Source: Desulfobacterales bacterium
GTDB lineage: Bacteria; Desulfobacterota; Desulfobacteria; Desulfobacterales; UBA5852
Direction of reading: 5' to 3'
Assembly (NCBI GenBank): GCA_963674755.2
Contig: CAXXVS010000003.1
Location: forward strand, 544,001 to 608,000
Length of the DNA: 64,000 nucleotides
Shown here: piece by piece, positions 58,375 through 64,000 of the stretch
Numbering within the stretch: position 1 is the first letter of the stretch
How the letters are laid out: every line of letters begins with the position of its first letter
The notes under the pieces: generated by a model
The model's input: only the letters and a program-made list of their open reading frames with translations
What the model was told of the DNA's origin: nothing
The model's database searches: none
Made by a program: the position numbers and the translations under genes

Positions 58375-58505
58375 TTAAACGCGCCTGGCGACCACGGCGA
58401 GCTCGTGGAAAGCAGGATCATAGGACGATCCGGCGACATCGGCATAAAGGCGGTCAATACGGAATCCGTTGGCAGCAAATTCCCTTTCGATATCTTCCAG
58501 GGCCG
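58375..58505 (-). pseudogene. 3' remnant of a gene, probably a class I SAM methyltransferase (copy 2)
   Basis: Hand translation: LEDIEREFAANGFRIDRLYADVAGSSYDPAFHELAVVARRV*; homologous to 48588-48740. Confidence 0.55.
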
Positions 58506-58517
58506 CGAAAATAGTTT

Positions 58518-59324
58518 TCAATGATGGGGGCCCTTGGAAGTATGCCGGCCCTGGCGCTGGGCAGGATCCTGCTGGTAGTATTCTTTCAGTACACGGTAGA
58601 GATCGGCCGCATGCGCGCGCATGTGCCGCGGCCGGTCGAAGAACTGCTCGGTGGCCACGGCGAAAAACTCGGCTTCGTTGGTGGCGCCGTAGGCATCGAG
58701 GAAGCTTTCCTTGCCGTGGGCGGCGTCATGTTTGAGGCGCAGGTATTCCCGCGAGCAGGTCTCCACCCAGTCGCGGTATTCGGCCCGGTCGCGCAAAGGC
58801 GGGGTGCCGTTGGCGGCGCCGTCGAGCATGTCCAGCTTGTGGGCGAATTCGTGGTAGATGACGTTGTGGCCGTTTTCGGGATGGCGGCTGCCCCGCAGGG
58901 CGGCATCCCAGATGATAATGACCGGCCCTTGCAGAAAGGCCTGCCCGAGAATGGGATGCCGGACATCGAGCGGTCCGGTGGGGTTTTCAAAGAAACCCGG
59001 CCTGCGCTCGGGCGGTACCACGGTAGACGGATAGATCACGATGGATTCCACGTTCCGGTAATAGTCGTGGGGCAGCCCTAAGAGCAGCAGGCAGGCCTGG
59101 GCGGCGATGGTGACCCGGATCTCATCGGTCAATTCGAGGCCGCCGGCCCCTTCCCAGTGCTTTTCGGCGATAAACACTTTGATGAGATCTTTCAGGTGGG
59201 CCTGTTCTTCCGCTGACAGCCGGTCGTAGTGGGCCACGTTGCGGTGGAGGATATCTTCCCAATCAGGCGGGAAAGGCTCAGCGATCAGCTTCTTGCGGCG
59301 GTGGTTGGCAAATAAATGGGGCAT
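58518..59324 (-). CDS. MtfA-like (peptidase M90) zinc metallopeptidase
   Basis: IAAQAC, NVI.HEFAHKLD, YGATN.AEFFAV.TE.FF. Confidence 0.9.
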   Translation of the reverse strand: MPHLFANHRRKKLIAEPFPPDWEDILHRNVAHYDRLSAEEQAHLKDLIKVFIAEKHWEGAGGLELTDEIRVTIAAQACLLLLGLPHDYYRNVESIVIYPSTVVPPERRPGFFENPTGPLDVRHPILGQAFLQGPVIIIWDAALRGSRHPENGHNVIYHEFAHKLDMLDGAANGTPPLRDRAEYRDWVETCSREYLRLKHDAAHGKESFLDAYGATNEAEFFAVATEQFFDRPRHMRAHAADLYRVLKEYYQQDPAQRQGRHTSKGPHH

Positions 59325-59425
59325 CTAATCTTCTCCGGGTTGGATGGCATTGTAAACAGTTCCTATCCGTTTGTGAATATGGCCACTAAGGTCAAGGAGT
59401 ATAATTCCGAAATAACAGTCGATAG

Positions 59426-59788
59426 CTAACAATTCTTTATTAAAAGTTCTACAATTTCGGTAAAAATAGTATCAAATCGTTTGGCCGAAAGCGATTTTTC
59501 GCTATACAACGTATTTGAAGCGTTGTTTTTCCGATTGTTGTACATTCCGATCACCTCTTTTTTGAACCATCTTTTTTTTGTCGTCAGGGGTGAAATGACC
59601 ATTAATTTAGGATAAAAGGCCCACCCTTCGCCAGACCTGTCGATAACGCTGTAGAAAGAATCCTTAGACATTTTGTGCTTCGATAATTGTTTTTCCAAAC
59701 CTCTTTTGGACCTTGCGGCAATGACAAAGCCATCTAGATCGCAAATCAATGGGAATAAAGGTTTTCTAAAAATGAAAGATATATTCAT
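59426..59788 (-). CDS. AT-rich hypothetical protein
   Basis: 120-aa ORF with GAGGGG RBS, composition unlike host genes. Confidence 0.65.
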   Translation of the reverse strand: MNISFIFRKPLFPLICDLDGFVIAARSKRGLEKQLSKHKMSKDSFYSVIDRSGEGWAFYPKLMVISPLTTKKRWFKKEVIGMYNNRKNNASNTLYSEKSLSAKRFDTIFTEIVELLIKNC

Positions 59789-59855
59789 TACCCCCTCTTT
59801 GCGGCACCTTCCATCTTGGTTTGGCCTAATAAGTGTTTTCCTGAGCCCTTCTTTC

Positions 59856-60863
59856 TTAACTTTTCTCTAGCGTATAACCATTTTCGTGAATAATCGCCGC
59901 GCCGCGCCGCACGGATTTGCTGACGGCCGGTGCGGAAATGCCCAACTTTTTCCCAAGTGCGGTTACGCTGAATCCCAACTCGTTTACCGCCCAGAAACAC
60001 AGCAGGCTGCGCGCCGCAACCTGTTGTTGGTATTTGCCGGGGAGCCATACTTCATCAATGGTCATTCCGAGAAGATGTGCCACGCGTTCGGCAATATCCT
60101 CGATGCCGATGCCCTTCGCTTGCATCGCAACCTTTCGCTCCAAGGCCTCCTCGCTTTGTGCCAGCACTTTTTGGACGAAAGCACTATCGCCGAGGATGCG
60201 TTCATCGCTCTTGAGGTGACCATCGGCCTTTCGCAAGCTTTTGACCGTCTCCCAGCCTCCCTGGCTTCGAATCAATCCGCCGCCGGTGAGATCCGATCGC
60301 TTTCCCTGCTTGATTCCTTTCGAGACAAACACGCGGTAGCTCCGTCGTGCGGCCCCCCTGTGTTTTCCGAAATGGCTAAGCACTTTATCGATATCCTGCC
60401 AGGGCTTTTGGGTTTTGCCCATGATGACGCTGTGGCCGGAAAAGGGGTATTTTCCGAGGCTGTCCATGTCCCCGGCCAGTTTGGCTCGCAGGGGATTCAA
60501 ATGAATGTAGCGCACCAGTTCCAGGAGGTAGCTGTCCTCCTGGCAGAGGATGGATTTATAGCGATTTTGGAACAGATGCCCGCTGCGGCGATGGCGGCGA
60601 TTGTAACGCGCGGCATGTCCGGTCAGCAGACGCCGCATCACCGTGGCGATGGGAGCGTTGCCGGTACGCAGCAAAAGATGAAAATGGTTGGGGATCAGGG
60701 CCCAGGCGAAGCAGCCGGTGTCGGTTTCTTCGACAATAGCGCCCAACCGATCGAGGAAGTCGTGCCGATCACGATCGTCGGCAAAGATCTCGCTGCGCGC
60801 GATACCGCGAACGATGATGTGATGCAGGGCGCCGGGGGCATCTAAGCGGGATTGACGTGGCAT
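59856..60863 (-). mobile_element. RAYT/Y1 HUH tyrosine transposase with C-terminal DnaA-like HTH
   Basis: MPR..R, HHIIVRG, NHFHLLL (HUH), GHLFQNRY, YIHLNP (catalytic Tyr). Confidence 0.92.
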
Positions 60864-60870
60864 GGCAAGA

Positions 60871-60899
60871 AACGTATCAAACCGGACATCAAATATCAA
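60871..60899 (-). promoter_or_regulatory. Putative sigma70 promoter giving a leaderless transposase mRNA
   Basis: TTGATA-17 nt-TACGTT, 7 nt before ATG, no SD; identical copy at 61146-61174. Confidence 0.55.
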
Positions 60900-60961
60900 G
60901 TTAATAAGTTTAGGGCGTCCCCTCTATGCCGTCATGATTCTGTTTCGAGGTCTTTTTAGGG

Positions 60962-61204
60962 TTATTGACTCAGGGCCCAAGCGTAGAAGCTGGTGCCAGT
61001 TTCTACGACAATAGCGCCACACCGATCGATAAAATTATACCGATCACGATTATCGGCAAAGATCTCGCGGTGTTCGATACAGCGAACGATGATGCGGTGC
61101 AGGGCGCCGGGGGCATCTAAGCAGGATTGACGTGGCATGGTAAGAAACGTATCAAACCGGACATCAAATATCAAGTTAAGAAGTTTAGGGCGTCCCCTTT
61201 ATGC
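60962..61204 (-). pseudogene. Truncated second copy of the RAYT 5' end with its upstream flank
   Basis: MPRQSCLDAPGALHRIIVR...AWAL then stop; upstream ~65 bp nearly identical to 60864-60929. Confidence 0.85.
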
Positions 61205-61214
61205 TCCCAATGAC

Positions 61215-61517
61215 GTGAGCATCGGTCTGGAACTTGACTGGACCATCAAAAATCTTGAGGTGCTAAGGGACCTGGTGGATCCTCCTGTCAAAGCCTTGAA
61301 TGAAATTCTTGACGAACTCTACCAATTGCGGATCGACCTCATCGAGGCTGCGATAAAGCGGGACACCGAAAAGTACAAGAAAGCCGCCGGCGCTATGAAA
61401 AAAGCGGCCAAAGAGACCAAAGAAGCTATCGATGACCTGGCAAACTTGGAAAAGGCCATAGAGAAGGTGGCCAAGGCCATCGGGAAAGCGGGAGAATTGC
61501 TGGGGAAAATCACCTGA
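61215..61517 (+). CDS. Hypothetical alpha-helical protein, possibly 5'-disrupted by the RAYT fragment
   Basis: Coiled-coil-like A/K/E-rich sequence; no good RBS; frame continues into the transposase flank. Confidence 0.55.
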   Translation: MSIGLELDWTIKNLEVLRDLVDPPVKALNEILDELYQLRIDLIEAAIKRDTEKYKKAAGAMKKAAKETKEAIDDLANLEKAIEKVAKAIGKAGELLGKIT

Positions 61518-61518
61518 C

Positions 61519-63702
61519 CTAATTCACCCGGTACGCGACTTCTTCCGTCGTTACGGGGGCGTCCTGACCCTCCAGAAACACCTCGGCCCGCATCGTGAAT
61601 TCCCCCCTGGACAACTTCCAGTCGTAGGTCGGCTTGGCCGTGTAGGAAATCGGCTGGTCGTTGACGATCCAGCGGACTTTTTCCAGGTTGGGGATAGCGG
61701 TCAGGGCAAACTGGAAGTATTCGCGATCATCCGGGATTCGCGGGTCCATGGCCAGCATGAGGCCGCTGCTCGGTTTGCGGATGCGAATCTCCTTCTGCAT
61801 CTCGGGAGCCATGGGCCCGGTTCCGGGCACAAACCACTCGTCCCGGGATTCGCAGTCGTCATCGGCCGGCCGGCCGGTGGCGATGCAGACCCGGTGCTTT
61901 TCCAGTTTTTCACTGAAATAGAGCGGCTTCGCCTCGCGGTACCGGTTCAGTTCATTGAAGATCGACCGCAGCACCAGCGCGGGGCCGGATGAGCCGGTAA
62001 TCTTGTCCATGGCCGCATAGTCCAGATTGCCCATCCAAACACCGACGGTATACTGGTCGTCGAACCCGACCGCCAGGGCATCCCGGTAGTCGCTGGAGGT
62101 TCCCGTTTTCACCGCCGTCTGGTGGGGGAAATTGAGAATCGAGTTCCAACCGAATTCTTTTTCCCGGGCCCCGGGGTCGGACATGATATCGGCGATCAGG
62201 CTGGCGATATCTTCGGAGAGAACCCGCGCATGGCCATTGCGCAAGTATTCCCCCGCCCGAAAAGAGAGGGGTTTGTAGTCGCCCATGCGGGCCAGAACGG
62301 TGTAGGCCTGAACCAATTCATAGAGGGTGATCTCGCCGTTGCCGAGCGCCAGCCCGTCTCCATAGACATTCGGATGACCGGAGAGGCTGCGGACGCCCAG
62401 CCGGTGCAAAAAGGACAAATAGGCCTTGGGCGTAACGTACTGGATGGCACGGACGGCCGGAATGTTGAGCGAGTTGCCTAATGCTTCCCGCAGCGAAATC
62501 ATCCCGTAATGGCCCCGGCTGTAGTTATGATAGGTATGCATCCCGCGGCCGACACTTTCCTCCAGAGGCGTGTCGTCGAGCATCGTGGCGGCCGTCCAGC
62601 CCTTGCGCAGGGCCTTGGCATAGAGCAGCGGTTTCAGGGCCGAACCGGGCTGGCGCCTTACCGTTACGGCATCGATGCGGTTGAAGGCCTTGTCGGGCCG
62701 GCCGGCGAACCCCACGACCCAGGCCATAATTTCATTGGTGGTATGATCCGCGACGAGCACCGCGCCGTTGCGGACCCGGCGCTTCGCCAGGAACTCCAGT
62801 CGGGTGTCAAGGATGCGCTGGGCCTTGTCCTGCACCGTCAGATCGATGGTGGTATGGATCCGGCCCCGGTCGGTGACCGCATCACCGGATGGGGTATCGG
62901 CATGGGCGATGAAATGGGATACGTCATGCGCCATAGCGGACCGGCGCAGATCCAGGTTCTGCTGCGCGATTCGCTCCCGGTCACGGTCATTCAGTTCAAG
63001 GCGGCCGAGCAGGTTGACGATGGATCGGTCGAGATTGGCTTCCTGCCGCCCGGGATCGAGCCATTGCGGGGCTCTGACCAGCACGGTCAGCGCCAGCAGC
63101 TCCTTTTCGTTCAAGGTCGACAGGTCGCGGTCGAAATAGGCGTGGGCGGCCTGAACGACCCCCCGGCGGCGGGCCCGGTAAGGGACCTGGTTCAGGTAGA
63201 ACTCGAAAATCTCGAGCTTGGAGAAGCGCCGCTCCAGCCGCATGGCCTCGAAGCCTTCCACCCACCGCGACCAGAACGTCCGGGGCCGCGGGTGCAGCAT
63301 GCGCACGACCTGCTCGGTGATCGTGCTGGCGCCCCGGACCACCCCGCCGGCCAGGAGGTTTTGGCGGACGGCATTCAGGCGCGCCAGCCAATCGACGCCG
63401 CCGTGGGCATAGTACCGCTTGTCCTCCGAGAGGATGAAGGCCCGCTGCAGCAGCTCGGGGACGTCATGGACGCGGACCGTGTCGTAGGCATTCCATGCGT
63501 TTTCGTAGGTCACATTCAACGGCCTGCCGCGGCGGTCCAGATAGATCGGCTTTCTGATCTCGGCCGCGCCGCCGTATAGATCGGCGGGGATCGGCTGCAG
63601 GCCGAGCAGGGTGGCCACGACGAGGGCCGCCACGGCGCAGCCCCCGCCAATCGCGGCAATTTTCCTGCCGGGCAGGTTTCGGAAGCGAGCGCCAAACATC
63701 AT
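61519..63702 (-). CDS. pbpC: Penicillin-binding protein 1C
   Basis: EDKRY..H.GVD, GASTIT.Q, SALK, SLN, KTGT; overlaps the A2M stop. Confidence 0.9.
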   Translation of the reverse strand: MMFGARFRNLPGRKIAAIGGGCAVAALVVATLLGLQPIPADLYGGAAEIRKPIYLDRRGRPLNVTYENAWNAYDTVRVHDVPELLQRAFILSEDKRYYAHGGVDWLARLNAVRQNLLAGGVVRGASTITEQVVRMLHPRPRTFWSRWVEGFEAMRLERRFSKLEIFEFYLNQVPYRARRRGVVQAAHAYFDRDLSTLNEKELLALTVLVRAPQWLDPGRQEANLDRSIVNLLGRLELNDRDRERIAQQNLDLRRSAMAHDVSHFIAHADTPSGDAVTDRGRIHTTIDLTVQDKAQRILDTRLEFLAKRRVRNGAVLVADHTTNEIMAWVVGFAGRPDKAFNRIDAVTVRRQPGSALKPLLYAKALRKGWTAATMLDDTPLEESVGRGMHTYHNYSRGHYGMISLREALGNSLNIPAVRAIQYVTPKAYLSFLHRLGVRSLSGHPNVYGDGLALGNGEITLYELVQAYTVLARMGDYKPLSFRAGEYLRNGHARVLSEDIASLIADIMSDPGAREKEFGWNSILNFPHQTAVKTGTSSDYRDALAVGFDDQYTVGVWMGNLDYAAMDKITGSSGPALVLRSIFNELNRYREAKPLYFSEKLEKHRVCIATGRPADDDCESRDEWFVPGTGPMAPEMQKEIRIRKPSSGLMLAMDPRIPDDREYFQFALTAIPNLEKVRWIVNDQPISYTAKPTYDWKLSRGEFTMRAEVFLEGQDAPVTTEEVAYRVN

Positions 63703-64000
63703 TCCCCCACGATCAGCGTGGCCGGCAGGCCTTTACCGAAGACATCGGGATCGTACATCTCTTCGGCGTGCACCGGCATGACGCTAAAGCGGCCTTCCGC
63801 AATGGCCTGGGCCGTGTAGGAAAGCCGATAGTTTCCGGCGGGGAGATAGTCGGCATAAAACCGTGCGGCATCATGCCGCAGCTCCTCGTGGTAGAAGCTC
63901 CAGAAATAACGCCCGAAGGTGGTCCAGTCCGAAAAATGAAAGTACCAGGAACCCTCGGCCGCCTGGAATTTACCCTTGTCCGCATCCACCTGGGAGGCCG
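63699..64000 (-). CDS. C-terminus of bacterial alpha-2-macroglobulin (5'-partial)
   Basis: ELR.D...F.ADYL..G.Y...Y.A.A...G.F...P..AEEMY.P; classic pairing with pbpC. Confidence 0.88.
   Translation of the reverse strand, partial: ASQVDADKGKFQAAEGSWYFHFSDWTTFGRYFWSFYHEELRHDAARFYADYLPAGNYRLSYTAQAIAEGRFSVMPVHAEEMYDPDVFGKGLPATLIVGE

Noticed and set aside
59380..59432. Integron attC site after the AT-rich ORF
   Set aside because: GTTA-like core present but no complementary inverse core or long palindrome, and no integrase in the window
1..64000. CRISPR arrays, tRNA/rRNA genes, selenocysteine readthrough
   Set aside because: No regularly spaced repeats, cloverleafs or in-frame TGA within conserved motifs were noticed on manual reading; a dedicated scan would be needed to exclude them
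61519..64000. A2M-pbpC pair as a novel system
   Set aside because: Well-established conserved gene pair

Overview
GC-rich bacterial chromosomal segment whose gene content and repeat types suggest a sulfate-reducing deltaproteobacterium (Desulfobacterales-like; inference). No rRNA, tRNA or CRISPR array was seen. Main blocks: (1) 0.6-19.5 kb, an IclR-associated catabolic cluster with TTT, TRAP, MFS and AEC transporters, acylating aldehyde dehydrogenase, Gfo/Idh/MocA oxidoreductase, ThDP enzyme, TIM-barrel isomerase/dehydratase, Zn-ADH, HMG-CoA-lyase-like enzyme, AroD and AroE; this may be an undescribed anaerobic ring-cleavage route for quinate/shikimate-type cyclitols. (2) 19.5-23.6 kb, a DAHP synthase-aroB-aroKB operon preceded by a 25-aa Phe/Tyr-rich leader peptide (absent from the ORF track) with complete terminator/antiterminator. 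(3) A Ser/Thr kinase-cNMP plus PP2C-PilZ pair, a degenerate YchF paralog, AsmA and two ~140-bp MITE-like repeats. (4) A sigma54 alcohol-oxidation locus with two Fe-ADHs. (5) kup and an aminotransferase/CoA-transferase/deacylase operon. (6) A visibly lower-GC ~8-kb signalling block between two diverged copies of a two-gene secreted-protein unit, one copy decayed. (7) A RAYT-type HUH transposase with a truncated second copy, then pbpC and the end of an alpha-2-macroglobulin gene. All product calls come from motif recognition by eye; no database searches were run.
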